A stretch of DNA of 19,043 nucleotides. Source: an uncultured bacterium. GTDB taxonomy: Bacteria; SAR324; NAC60-12. A program made the position numbers and the translations under genes. The stretch covers positions 154,261 through 173,303 of the forward strand of contig CBFIJD010000001.1 in assembly GCA_965662845.1 (NCBI GenBank). Direction: 5' to 3'. Under the pieces are notes generated by a model that did no database searches, was not told the origin of the DNA, and saw only the letters and a program-made list of their open reading frames with translations. Below, in pieces: positions 8,252-17,037 of this stretch. Every line of letters starts with the position of its first letter. The stretch's first letter is position 1.

Positions 8252-9343
8252 TTAGACATTGAAGCGGAAGTGCATAATGTCTCCGTCCTGCACAATATAA
8301 TCGCGTCCTTCCAGACGCCAGCGGCCCGCATCTTTGACCGCTGTTTCTGAGCCCAACTCGTCGATGTCTTTGAAATGAAACACTTCGGCGCGAATGAACC
8401 CTTTCTCGAAATCCGTGTGAATTTTCCCCGCAGCTTGCGGAGCCGAGAATCCACGTGGGATTTCCCAAGCTCGGACTTCTTTTTTGCCTGCGGTGAAGTA
8501 GGTGATTTGGTTGAGGAGTTGATAGCCAGCTCGGGCGAGGTGGGCGGTTCCAGCTTCTTTGATTCCCATCTCTTCCATGAAGGCTGCGCTCTCTTCTTCA
8601 TCCATCTCCGAAAGCTCTGCCTCGACTTGGGCGCAAATTGGGATCACCTCGGCATTTTCCTTCGCGGCATGTTCTCGCAATTGCCTCTCAAAGGGCGACG
8701 CTTCGGCCAACCCTTCTTCTGAGACGTTTGCGATGTAGAGCGAGGGTTTCAAGGTGATAAGGCTGAGTTCGGCAAGAATCTCAAGCTCTTGTGCGTCCCA
8801 CGAGCCCACCCGAGCTAAGTGACCTTCGCCCAGGTGGTCGAGCATTTTCTCATAAACAGGGATCGCGGCGGCGGCCTCTTTACTGCCTTTGGCTTGTTTG
8901 CGTGTGCGCTCCAACTTGCGCTCAACTTGCTCCAAATCCGAGAGGGTGAGTTCGGTGTGAATCACCTCTACGTCTCGCAGGGGGTCGGGCGCTCCGTCCA
9001 CATGCACCACGTTGTCATCTTCAAAACAACGCACGACGTGAGCGATGGCGTTCACCTGACGAATGTGGCTGAGGAACTGGTTACCGAGCCCTTCTCCTTG
9101 GCTTGCGCCCTTCACCAGCCCAGCGATGTCGACCACTCGCAGGGTCGCAGGCACAACTTGATCTGGCTCCACCAGCTCGGTCAGCCGCTTGAGGCGCGCG
9201 TCTTTGACGGGGACAACGCCGACGTTGGGGTCAATCGTACAGAACGGATAATTTGCTGCTTCCGCTTCCACGCGCGTGAGCGCCCGAAATAAGGTCGATT
9301 TGCCGACGTTAGGCAGACCGACGATGCCAACTTCAAGAGCCAT
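8252..9343 (-). CDS. ychF: Ribosome-binding ATPase YchF (Obg family), 363 aa
   Basis: ATG at 9343; GIVGLPNVGKST, ANYPFCTIDPN, DIAGLVKGASQGEGLGNQFL, IHTDFEKGFIRAE, YIVQDGDIMHFRFNV. Confidence 0.98.
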   Translation of the reverse strand: MALEVGIVGLPNVGKSTLFRALTRVEAEAANYPFCTIDPNVGVVPVKDARLKRLTELVEPDQVVPATLRVVDIAGLVKGASQGEGLGNQFLSHIRQVNAIAHVVRCFEDDNVVHVDGAPDPLRDVEVIHTELTLSDLEQVERKLERTRKQAKGSKEAAAAIPVYEKMLDHLGEGHLARVGSWDAQELEILAELSLITLKPSLYIANVSEEGLAEASPFERQLREHAAKENAEVIPICAQVEAELSEMDEEESAAFMEEMGIKEAGTAHLARAGYQLLNQITYFTAGKKEVRAWEIPRGFSAPQAAGKIHTDFEKGFIRAEVFHFKDIDELGSETAVKDAGRWRLEGRDYIVQDGDIMHFRFNV

Positions 9344-9354
9344 GCGTTGCCCGT

Positions 9355-9921
9355 TTATTGATGAGGTGCGTTCAAGGAAGTGTGCGGAAAAGTGGAAGTA
9401 CGCGCGAAGTGATCCAAATGCGGAATAACCTCTTGGATGAGCCGCTGGCAAAGCTCTGTTGCGGCTTGGGGCCAGCGTCGGAGCACATAGTCCGCGGCTG
9501 GGACATTGTCTGGAGGTCGCCCGATCCCAAGGCGAATCCGGCGAAACTGGTCTGAGGAGAGGTGCTGCATGATGGAGCGCAGGCCATTGTGTCCTCCGTG
9601 CCCACCTCCTGTGCGCAAGCGGCCTTTCCCTTGAGCCAAGTCTAAGTCGTCAGAGCAAACGATGATGTCGCTGGGCGGAATTTTGAAGAAGCGCGCGCAC
9701 TCTGCGACGGCTTCGCCGCTACGGTTCATATATGTGAGCGGCTTCATCAACATCGTGGCCTCGTCGCCAGAGCCGGCTTTCCCCGTGATGGCCCGAAACT
9801 TTTCTTGATGGACCGCGCATTGCCAGTGCTCGGCCAGCGCGTCGATCAGCCAAAAACCTACATTGTGAGGAGTTTGCTCGTATTCGGAGCCGGGGTTACC
9901 CAACCCGACGATCAGCTTCAT
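9355..9921 (-). CDS. pth: Peptidyl-tRNA hydrolase
   Basis: LIVGLGNPG, HNVGF, KPLTYMNRSG, DDLDL, GGHGGHNGLRS, RIRLGIGRP. The start overlaps the rplY stop (TAATG). Confidence 0.97.
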   Translation of the reverse strand: MKLIVGLGNPGSEYEQTPHNVGFWLIDALAEHWQCAVHQEKFRAITGKAGSGDEATMLMKPLTYMNRSGEAVAECARFFKIPPSDIIVCSDDLDLAQGKGRLRTGGGHGGHNGLRSIMQHLSSDQFRRIRLGIGRPPDNVPAADYVLRRWPQAATELCQRLIQEVIPHLDHFARTSTFPHTSLNAPHQ

Positions 9922-10529
9922 TACTTCTTCGCAGCGGCCTCAGCTGCCTGCGCAATTCGGACGGCGCGCCCTACAATCGAAGCGATGCTGTAGTTGTTCT
10001 TCGCCACGAGGGTCACGTTCTCAGGCATCTCGACTTGGTCCACACGCAGATTGCCACCAAAGTCTAAGCTAGTGACGTCTAGCTCTACATATTCAGGGAT
10101 ATCTTGTGGCTTGCAGCTAACTTGGACATCTCGCACGGCCATCTGCATCACCCCGCCTTTCTTGACGCCTGGAGATTCTCCGCGAGTGCGCAGGGGGACG
10201 CGCGTGGTGATCGACTTCTCTGGGTCTAGCTGACGAAAATCTAGGTGGATTAACAGCGGCTTGTAGCTATGCTTCTGGACTTCTTGTAGCAAGACGTGCC
10301 GTGTCTCTGTCGCGCCAGACGCTCGGTCACGAATTTCGATGGGCATCAGCTGGTGCGCGATCGTGAGAGAACTCAGATACTGGCGTGTCTTCTCCTCATC
10401 CATCTCTAAGTGAATGTTCTCTCCTACTCCGTACAGGACGGCGGGGATACGTTTTGCAAAGCGCAATTGTTGCGTTGCTTTCTTGCCCACAGCCTGTCGC
10501 CGATAGGCCACCATAATCTCTTCGGACAT
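9921..10529 (-). CDS. rplY: 50S ribosomal protein L25 / general stress protein Ctc (long form, about 202 aa)
   Basis: [10 protein letters not shown]...[39 protein letters not shown]. Start placed at ATG 10529; the track's TTG at 10598 falls in the promoter. Confidence 0.94.
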   Translation of the reverse strand: MSEEIMVAYRRQAVGKKATQQLRFAKRIPAVLYGVGENIHLEMDEEKTRQYLSSLTIAHQLMPIEIRDRASGATETRHVLLQEVQKHSYKPLLIHLDFRQLDPEKSITTRVPLRTRGESPGVKKGGVMQMAVRDVQVSCKPQDIPEYVELDVTSLDFGGNLRVDQVEMPENVTLVAKNNYSIASIVGRAVRIAQAAEAAAKK

Positions 10530-10569
10530 CTTGATTTTGTGCGAATAGGTTGCAAAAGAAAAAGCGATC

Positions 10570-10598
10570 TTTATAGCACTCCTTATTTGTAAGTTCAA
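10570..10598 (-). promoter_or_regulatory. sigma70-type promoter for the rplY operon
   Basis: Minus strand TTGAAC - 17 nt - TATAAA with an extended -10 (TGc), 40 nt upstream of the rplY ATG, in the AT-rich divergent spacer. Confidence 0.6.
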
Positions 10599-10618
10599 CT
10601 GCTTTCCCTCGGATTTTC

Positions 10619-11488
10619 ATGAAGCGTCTCCTCGCGCTGAGCGTTGCCCTCCTTTCCTGCTGCCTGCTCTCTCCCCTGCAAGCGCGCGAACGTCCTCGCT
10701 GGGAGGTCGGCTTAGCCCACGCGACCGCACAGCTACCGCACTACACGGGCTCGAACCACTACTATCAGCGCAGCCTGACGCTGCCGTATGGCATTCTGCG
10801 TGGGGAACAAATTGAGGTCGCCGGCACCCCACGCCTGTTTACTGACTTTGGCTCAGAGCTGCGCTTAGAGCTGGCCTTCGGCGCGGAGGTGCCTGTGGAG
10901 TCAGACCCCATTGACAAAACCCCACCCAGAGGCGCGGAGGGCTCGCGTGACAAAGTTTTGCGCGACAAAAACTACACTCGCCGTGGGATGGCCAACATTC
11001 AAGCGCTGCTCGGCGTTGGTGTGAAGCTAGACTGGTACCTCGGAGAACACGTGACGGTAGACCTCCCCTTGCTCAACGCAACGACGTTGGGCGGCGGCTT
11101 TGCTTACGTTGGGAACACGTTCTCGCCCGGCTTTCGCATCGACGCTTTCGCGCGAGACTCGGATTACACGCTGGCCTACGATGTGTCGTGGGTCTATGGC
11201 GACCGCAACTTCAACCGCACCTTTTATAGTGTTACTCCGGAGGATGTGCTCACCGAGCGCCCTGAATACACCGCAACGGCAGGGCTGATCTCTCGTAATG
11301 AAGGCCTCCTCGCCGCCGCCATCGTCAACCGGCGCCTCTCGATTTTTGCGTACGGCTATCAATATTGGTTGACGAACAGTGTGGTGCGCGATAGCCCTTT
11401 GGTAGTCGTCGAACGAAATGAGGGGTGGGCCTTCGGTCTGGTCTATGCCTTCTTCGCCAGCGACGACTCCGTGCAGCGTCGCAAATAA
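10619..11488 (+). CDS. MipA/OmpV family outer-membrane protein
   Basis: Signal peptide ending LQA|R; WEVGL..PHYTGS..LPY; RRGM; YGDRNFNRTFYSV..RPEYTATAG; VVRDSPLV; amphipathic terminal strand WAFGLVYAF. Confidence 0.8.
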   Translation: MKRLLALSVALLSCCLLSPLQARERPRWEVGLAHATAQLPHYTGSNHYYQRSLTLPYGILRGEQIEVAGTPRLFTDFGSELRLELAFGAEVPVESDPIDKTPPRGAEGSRDKVLRDKNYTRRGMANIQALLGVGVKLDWYLGEHVTVDLPLLNATTLGGGFAYVGNTFSPGFRIDAFARDSDYTLAYDVSWVYGDRNFNRTFYSVTPEDVLTERPEYTATAGLISRNEGLLAAAIVNRRLSIFAYGYQYWLTNSVVRDSPLVVVERNEGWAFGLVYAFFASDDSVQRRK

Positions 11489-11534
11489 TAATGAGTCGAC
11501 TCGGCTCCTCCCCAACCACTAGCAGAAAGATCAA

Positions 11535-12023
11535 ATGTCAGAGAACCCCTTAGTCGGTGTCATCATGGGCAGCCAATCCGATTGGGAGACCATGCGTCGC
11601 GCCTGCGAGCAATTGGAGTCTTTTGAGATCCCGCATGAAAAGCAGATCGTCTCCGCGCACCGCACTCCGCAGCGGCTTACCGAATATGCCGCACAGGCCG
11701 AAGAGCGCGGACTCCGCGTGATCATCGCGGGAGCGGGAGGCGCTGCGCACTTGCCGGGAATGGTCGCGGCCCAGACGCTCGTCCCCGTGATTGGCGTCCC
11801 CGTCCAATCGTCGGCGCTCAGCGGGCTGGACTCGTTACTCTCCATCGTGCAGATGCCGCGTGGAGTTCCCGTAGCGACGGTCGCCATTGGAGACGCCGGA
11901 GCCGTCAACGCGGGGCTGCTCGCTGCGCAGATGTTGGCCGTCTATGATCCCGCGTTACGACAGCGGTTGCAGGTCTTTCGCGACACAACACGGGACACCG
12001 TGCTGGCTACGGAGCTGCCATGA
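11535..12023 (+). CDS. purE: N5-CAIR mutase
   Basis: [46 protein letters not shown]. Confidence 0.98.
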   Translation: MSENPLVGVIMGSQSDWETMRRACEQLESFEIPHEKQIVSAHRTPQRLTEYAAQAEERGLRVIIAGAGGAAHLPGMVAAQTLVPVIGVPVQSSALSGLDSLLSIVQMPRGVPVATVAIGDAGAVNAGLLAAQMLAVYDPALRQRLQVFRDTTRDTVLATELP

Positions 12024-13168
12024 GACCACCTATGGTTGGTTTGCTAGGGGGAGGACAGTTGGGGCAGATGCTCTTGCTGGAAGGAGTGCCGCTGGGGATG
12101 CGGTTTGTGGTCTGGGATCCTGATCCGCAGAGCCCAGCGGGCAAGCGCGCGGACTACCACATCTGCGCGCCTTACAGCGACAATGCCGCGCTGCAAGAGT
12201 TGGTAGGGCTCGTTGACCTGGTGACCTATGAGGTGGAGCACCTCCCTTTGGCGAGCGTGCAGCAGCTGGAGCAGCTTACGCGGTTGCCACAGGGGAGCGA
12301 CTTGCTGCGCACGTGTCAGCATCGCCTGCGCGAAAAATTAACGATGCAGCAACTTCAGATCCCAACGGCGCCGTTTCGGGTCATACAAGCCGTGGATGAC
12401 ATCCGAGAAGCGCTCACAGAGTGGCGTTCGGGAGGAGTCCTCAAGACCACAACAGGGGGCTACGACGGCAAAGGTCAGTTTGTGCTCGAGACCATCGACG
12501 ATGCGGAGAGCGCCTTCCAAGCCTTGCATGTGCCGGGGCGAGACCTGGTGCTGGAGGGCTGGGTAAAATTTGAGCGGGAAGTGTCTGTGCTCGTCGCTCG
12601 CTCCCCAAGCGGACAAGTGGTGTGCTATCCAGTGGCTGAAAATCTCCACGAAAATGGGATTCTGGCGGCAACGGTCGTCCCCGCTCGTCTGCCCGATGCC
12701 GTAACGCACAAAGCGCTGCACATCGCCAAGCGGATCGCTGAGGGACTGCGATTAGTAGGCGTGCTTGGAGTGGAAATGTTTGCGCTGGCAGACGGCTCTT
12801 TGCTCGTCAATGAGCTTGCGCCTCGCCCTCATAACTCAGGGCACTTCACGCAAGATGCTTGCAACGTGTCACAGTTTGAGCAACACCTCCGCGCGATCTG
12901 TGATTGGCCGCTTGTGCCTCCTGTACTGCGAGAGCCCGCCGTGATGTTGAACTTGCTAGGTGAACACATCCCTGCCTTAGCAGAGCTGCACCGGGCGCTG
13001 CCTCCGACGGCTCATCTGCATTGGTATGACAAACGCGAAGCCCGCCCTGGACGCAAGATGGCCCACCTCAACGTGACGGCTCCGACCTTGGAAGCGGCGC
13101 TCAGCCAGCTCCAGCAGTGGAACCTCCGCCCCCTGAATGAGTTGCTAGAAAACGGAGACCGCCGCTGA
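12020..13168 (+). CDS. purK: N5-CAIR synthase (ATP-grasp)
   Basis: [54 protein letters not shown] overlap with purE. Confidence 0.97.
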   Translation: MRPPMVGLLGGGQLGQMLLLEGVPLGMRFVVWDPDPQSPAGKRADYHICAPYSDNAALQELVGLVDLVTYEVEHLPLASVQQLEQLTRLPQGSDLLRTCQHRLREKLTMQQLQIPTAPFRVIQAVDDIREALTEWRSGGVLKTTTGGYDGKGQFVLETIDDAESAFQALHVPGRDLVLEGWVKFEREVSVLVARSPSGQVVCYPVAENLHENGILAATVVPARLPDAVTHKALHIAKRIAEGLRLVGVLGVEMFALADGSLLVNELAPRPHNSGHFTQDACNVSQFEQHLRAICDWPLVPPVLREPAVMLNLLGEHIPALAELHRALPPTAHLHWYDKREARPGRKMAHLNVTAPTLEAALSQLQQWNLRPLNELLENGDRR

Positions 13169-13406
13169 GTATCGGCCACCGACGTCACGCCAGAGGCACG
13201 CTCCCAACTCGCCCAACGGGGGCAGCAACCAGCCCCCGCACGACCTCGCTCCCAGTCGCTCCCCCCGACGTTTTTGAAACGCGCTCACCGCGCAAAAAGC
13301 GCTTGACTTCCCACCTCCAGTTCTCTGATCTTCAACGATTTTGCGCGTGCCGCGCGCTTCTCATGGCTCCACGCCCAATCCCTACGACTTCACAAAGCAA
13401 GGTGAT

Positions 13407-14852
13407 ATGTCCACCGAATTTCCTGCCAATCCCAGCAGCAGCATCATCGTCCGCCTCAAAATCACGAATCAGCTCGGAATGTTAGCGCGTGTCACCAACA
13501 CGATCGCAGAGTTGGGAGGGAACCTAGACGCCATCGACATCGTGCGCCCCACACGCGACGCGATGGTGCGAGACATCAGCATTTTTACACGCAGCGAAGA
13601 GCACGGGCAGGAGATCGTAGGGGCCTTGCAGCGCATGGACGGCGTGGAGTTCATTCGCTACTACGACCGCACGTTCTTGGTGCACGAAGGCGGAAAAATC
13701 AGTGTGGAAAGCCGCCTGCCGCTGAAGTCCCGCAACGACCTCTCCTTGGCTTACACTCCCGGCGTCGCTCGGGTTTGTATGGCTCTGCACAAGAACCCAG
13801 AAGAGACCTATCGCTACACCATCAAAGGCAACTCGGTCGCGGTCGTCACCGATGGGACGGCGGTGCTAGGGCTGGGCAACATCGGCCCCAAAGCCGCGAT
13901 GCCCGTGATGGAAGGCAAGGCGATGCTCTTCAAAGAATTCGCAGGCATCGACGCGTGGCCCATCTGCTTGGATACCCAAGACACCGAAGAGATCATTCGG
14001 ATCGTCAAGGCCATGGCGCCCGGGCTCGGAGGGGTCAACTTAGAAGACATCGCCGCGCCCCGCTGCTTTGAGATTGAGCAGCGCCTGAAAGAAGAGCTAG
14101 ACATCCCCGTCTTTCATGATGATCAGCACGGGACGGCGGTCGTGACCACGGCAGCGCTGATCAACGCGCTCAAGCTCACGCAGAAGAGCGCGCCCGACCT
14201 GAAAGTGGTCGTGTCCGGAGCCGGAGCCGCCGGAACCGCTTGCACCAAAATGATGCTGTTCCTTGGCATCCAAAACATCGTCTGTTGCGACAGCCGAGGG
14301 GCGCTGCACAGCGGCCGAGATCATTTGAACGCAGACAAGCAATGGCTGGTCGACAACACCAACCCACACAACGAGTCTGGAACGCTGAAAGATGTCATCA
14401 AAGGCGCGGACGTATTCGTGGGCGTCTCTATGCCGAACTTGTTGGACGCGACCGACATGCAGAACATGAACAAAGAACCCATCGTCTTCGCGATGGCCAA
14501 CCCTGATCCCGAAATTCTCCCCGAAGTCGCGCAGGCACACGTCGCAGTGATGGCCACCGGGCGCAGCGACTATCCCAACCAAATCAATAACGTCCTCGCC
14601 TTCCCAGGCATCTTCCGTGGGGCGTTGGATTCCCGCTCCTCCATCATCAACGAAGAGATGAAGATGGCCGCCGCCCACGCCATCGCCCACTCCATTCAGG
14701 AAGATCATCTCGCGCCCGACTACATCATCCCCAGCGTGTTTGACCCCACCGTCGTCCCAGCGGTCTCCGAGGCTGTGCAGCAAGCCGCGATTGACTCCGG
14801 CGTGGCGCGGCGGGAGAAAATCATCAAGATGGCGCCACGGAGCGCCAAATAA
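13407..14852 (+). CDS. NAD(P)-dependent malic enzyme with N-terminal ACT domain (about 481 aa)
   Basis: ATG at 13407 after AAGG; ACT-like NQLGMLARVTNTIAELGGNL; LAYTPGVA, TDGTAVLGLG, MEGKA, NLEDI, FHDDQHGTA, GAGAAG, TGRSDYPNQINN. No PTA domain, so not the MaeB fusion. Confidence 0.93.
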   Translation: MSTEFPANPSSSIIVRLKITNQLGMLARVTNTIAELGGNLDAIDIVRPTRDAMVRDISIFTRSEEHGQEIVGALQRMDGVEFIRYYDRTFLVHEGGKISVESRLPLKSRNDLSLAYTPGVARVCMALHKNPEETYRYTIKGNSVAVVTDGTAVLGLGNIGPKAAMPVMEGKAMLFKEFAGIDAWPICLDTQDTEEIIRIVKAMAPGLGGVNLEDIAAPRCFEIEQRLKEELDIPVFHDDQHGTAVVTTAALINALKLTQKSAPDLKVVVSGAGAAGTACTKMMLFLGIQNIVCCDSRGALHSGRDHLNADKQWLVDNTNPHNESGTLKDVIKGADVFVGVSMPNLLDATDMQNMNKEPIVFAMANPDPEILPEVAQAHVAVMATGRSDYPNQINNVLAFPGIFRGALDSRSSIINEEMKMAAAHAIAHSIQEDHLAPDYIIPSVFDPTVVPAVSEAVQQAAIDSGVARREKIIKMAPRSAK

Positions 14853-14868
14853 GTTACCATCTCCTGAC

Positions 14869-14890
14869 GGGGTGAGCCGAACCTCACCCC
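14869..14890. other. GC-rich intergenic hairpin between the malic enzyme gene and pyrD
   Basis: GGGGTGAG-CCGAAC-CTCACCCC, a perfect 8-bp stem with no U-tract on either strand. Confidence 0.4.
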
Positions 14891-14938
14891 ACGTGTTGCA
14901 AACTCTCGCCTTGCCCAACCTCCCTCTCGCAGCTCTCC

Positions 14939-16051
14939 ATGTTTTCTATGAATCAACTTTACACCGCCTTTGTCCGGCCTGCGCTGTTTTCGCAAGACCC
15001 CGAAGTGATCCACGAGCGCACACTCGCCGGCCTGCAACGCGCAGAACGTCTGGGCTCGCTACCGATCTTGCGGCGATTCTATCCGCCGCCTGCCGGGCAG
15101 GAACGCTTGCGCATCTCCCGCTTTGGCTTGGAGTTCCCCAATCCGATTGGCATCGCCGCAGGGCTCGACAAAAACGCAAAAGTATACAATTCGCTGTTCG
15201 CGTTCGGGTTTGGATTTGTAGAGTGCGGGACGGTGACTCCGCGCCCCCAACCAGGCAACGAGCCGCCTCGGCTGTTCCGGCTGCTGGAAGACGAAGCGTT
15301 GATCAATCGCTTGGGGTTCAACAACGAAGGGCAAGAGATGTTGGCCAGCCGAGTGCGCCGCAAGCCCCCGCAAGGCATTCTGGGCATCAACATTGGCAAG
15401 AACAAAGTCACGCCCAACGAACAAGCCCCCGACGACTACCGGATGGTGTTGCGCGCGGTCTGGGACGTCGCGGCTTACATTGTCGTAAATGTAAGCTCCC
15501 CCAACACCCCCAACCTGCGAGAGCTTCAGGGAAAAGCGGCCCTGCAACAGCTGCTCTCGGTCGTGTTTCAAACGGCCGATGAGTTACAGGGGCAGCGCCA
15601 TCGCAGTGTGCCCATCTTGCTCAAGATCGCACCGGATTTGACAGACGAAGCGCTGCAAGACTTGTTGACCGTCGTGCGGGCGTTTCCTCTGCAAGGTCTC
15701 ATCGCGACCAATACGACGCTCCGTCGCGAGGGGCTGCGCTCCTCACAGTCGCACGAGACCGGCGGCATGAGTGGCAAGCCGTTGCGCGACCCATCCACCG
15801 CGATCATTCGGACCTTGTTTGACGCGCTAGGGCACAGCCTGCCCATTGTGGGCGTCGGCGGGGTCTACGACGGCGAGAGCGCCTACGAGAAAATCCGCGC
15901 GGGCGCGTGCCTGCTAGAACTCTACACGTCACTCGTCTATCGGGGCCCAGGGGTCGCCAATCAAATTCAGCAGGAGCTGTTGCAACTCTTAGATCGCGAC
16001 GGCTTTGCGCGCTTGGAAGATGCGGTGGGGGCAGACAAGAAAAGCTCATGA
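14939..16051 (+). CDS. pyrD: Dihydroorotate dehydrogenase (quinone), class 2
   Basis: DPE..H, AAGLDKNA, GTVTPRPQPGN, INRLGFNN, NIGKNK, NVSSPNTPNLR, KIAPDL, GGMSGKP. An alternative start lies at 14948. Confidence 0.97.
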   Translation: MFSMNQLYTAFVRPALFSQDPEVIHERTLAGLQRAERLGSLPILRRFYPPPAGQERLRISRFGLEFPNPIGIAAGLDKNAKVYNSLFAFGFGFVECGTVTPRPQPGNEPPRLFRLLEDEALINRLGFNNEGQEMLASRVRRKPPQGILGINIGKNKVTPNEQAPDDYRMVLRAVWDVAAYIVVNVSSPNTPNLRELQGKAALQQLLSVVFQTADELQGQRHRSVPILLKIAPDLTDEALQDLLTVVRAFPLQGLIATNTTLRREGLRSSQSHETGGMSGKPLRDPSTAIIRTLFDALGHSLPIVGVGGVYDGESAYEKIRAGACLLELYTSLVYRGPGVANQIQQELLQLLDRDGFARLEDAVGADKKSS

Positions 16052-16070
16052 CGACCGTCTCGTGTCTGGC

Positions 16071-16441
16071 GTAGGGGCGCACCGCGAAACGATATGGTAC
16101 GGGCGCACAGCCGTGCGCCCCAACGCATCGAGAAACGAAAGGGGACGGGCGCAAGGCAGGGCCAAACAAGTACGGGCGCAAGGCAGGGCCAAACAAGTAC
16201 GGGCGCACAGTTGGGCCAAACAAGTACGGGCGCACAGCCGTGCGCCCCTACAAACAAAACGCGAAACAACAATATCCATGTACGGGCGCACCGCCGTGCG
16301 CCCCAACGCAACGCGAAACGATATGATACGGGCCCACGGCGAAACGAAAGGGGACGGGCCCACGGCGAAACGAAAGGGGACGGGCGCACAGCCGTGCGCC
16401 CCTACAAACGCAACACCGGGCGCACCGCTGGGCGCACCTAC
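16071..16441. repeat. Cluster of GTAG-type REP palindromes with internal 27-bp and 26-bp tandem units
   Basis: GTAGGGGCGCACGGCTGTGCGCCC on the minus strand at 16228-16251 and 16382-16405. GTTG variants at 16101-16124 and 16284-16307, a degenerate copy at 16418-16441, and a plus-strand half copy GTAGGGGCGCAC at 16071. The core ACGGGC(G/C)CA recurs at 16145/16172/16199/16226 and 16328/16354/16380. Confidence 0.85.
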
Positions 16442-16442
16442 G

Positions 16443-16625
16443 TTTTTCATCCCGAATGCACGCGGCGATGCTCGGCTGCGTCCCCATGGCATCCATGCTC
16501 ACAATGCACCCTTGGAGCGCCAAGGTCTCCAACAGCTGCGGGATCGCGGTCTTCGCGTTGGATTTCTCCGCGGTCGCTTATTGTCCCAAGGCGATGGAGG
16601 CCTCGGCGGCAAAGGCACTCACCAT
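16443..16625 (-). pseudogene. ISAs1-family (H-repeat) DDE transposase internal fragment with an in-frame stop
   Basis: Translates as MVSAFAAEASIALGQ*ATAEKSNAKTAIPQLLETLALQGCIVSMDAMGTQPSIAACIRDEK, matching the ISAs1 pattern HMVSAF..LGQ..EKSNEITAIP.LL..L.L.GCIVTIDAMG.Q..IA. TAA at 16578-16580. Confidence 0.88.
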
Positions 16626-16845
16626 GTAACTATTCAGCCCCCCCAAACTTCGCTAACAGCCTAGTGGCGGTTCACCCTTCCAGAGGCTGGTTCATTTTGG
16701 ATTTAAGAAATAGGGCCGACTGCCGAAGGAAAAGCTTGTGAGATCGGGGGGATTACTAAAATGGGATTTTTTTGAATTAAATCGTCATTTTCAAATAATG
16801 ACAGATGATAATGATGAAGATTTAGCAGAAGACATGGAGATTGTT

Positions 16846-17037
16846 ATGAATAAAAATCATTACACAGCAATCATTGAACGCTGTAAAAAGACAGGTTTAT
16901 ATGTTGGTTACATTCCTAATTTTCCCGGAGCACATTCGCAAGGAGCAACACTAGATGAACTCGATCAAAATCTAAAAGAAGTGATCGAAATGTTACTTGA
17001 AGACGGTTTTCCCCAAGAAGAAACAGAGTTCATTTGA
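16846..17037 (+). CDS. hicB: Short HicB-family (UPF0150) antitoxin, 63 aa
   Basis: GGAG RBS before ATG 16846; YTAIIERCKKTGLYVGYIPNFPGAHSQGATLDELDQNLKEVIEMLLE. Low GC. Confidence 0.85.
   Translation: MNKNHYTAIIERCKKTGLYVGYIPNFPGAHSQGATLDELDQNLKEVIEMLLEDGFPQEETEFI

Noticed and set aside
13169..13406. Riboswitch, ncRNA or promoter in the purK-malic enzyme gap
   Set aside because: TTGACT at 13303 has no convincing -10, and I recognised no RNA motif.
14097..15582. ORFs 14097..14918 (-) and 14740..15582 (+)
   Set aside because: Shadow or alternate frames over the malic enzyme gene and pyrD.
16071..16441. CRISPR array
   Set aside because: Spacing is irregular (26, 27, 46, 56 bp), the intervening segments are themselves repeated rather than unique spacers, and no cas genes are present. 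GTAG-REP fits better.
15804..16741. Several 140-220 aa ORFs across the repeat block
   Set aside because: They are open in many frames only because the GC-rich repeats lack stops. The translations are repetitive with no protein signature, apart from the ISAs1 fragment.
16738..16845. 36-aa N-terminal extension of HicB, or the remnant of an upstream gene
   Set aside because: A good RBS precedes ATG 16846, and translation in other frames gave nothing recognisable, including no HicA.
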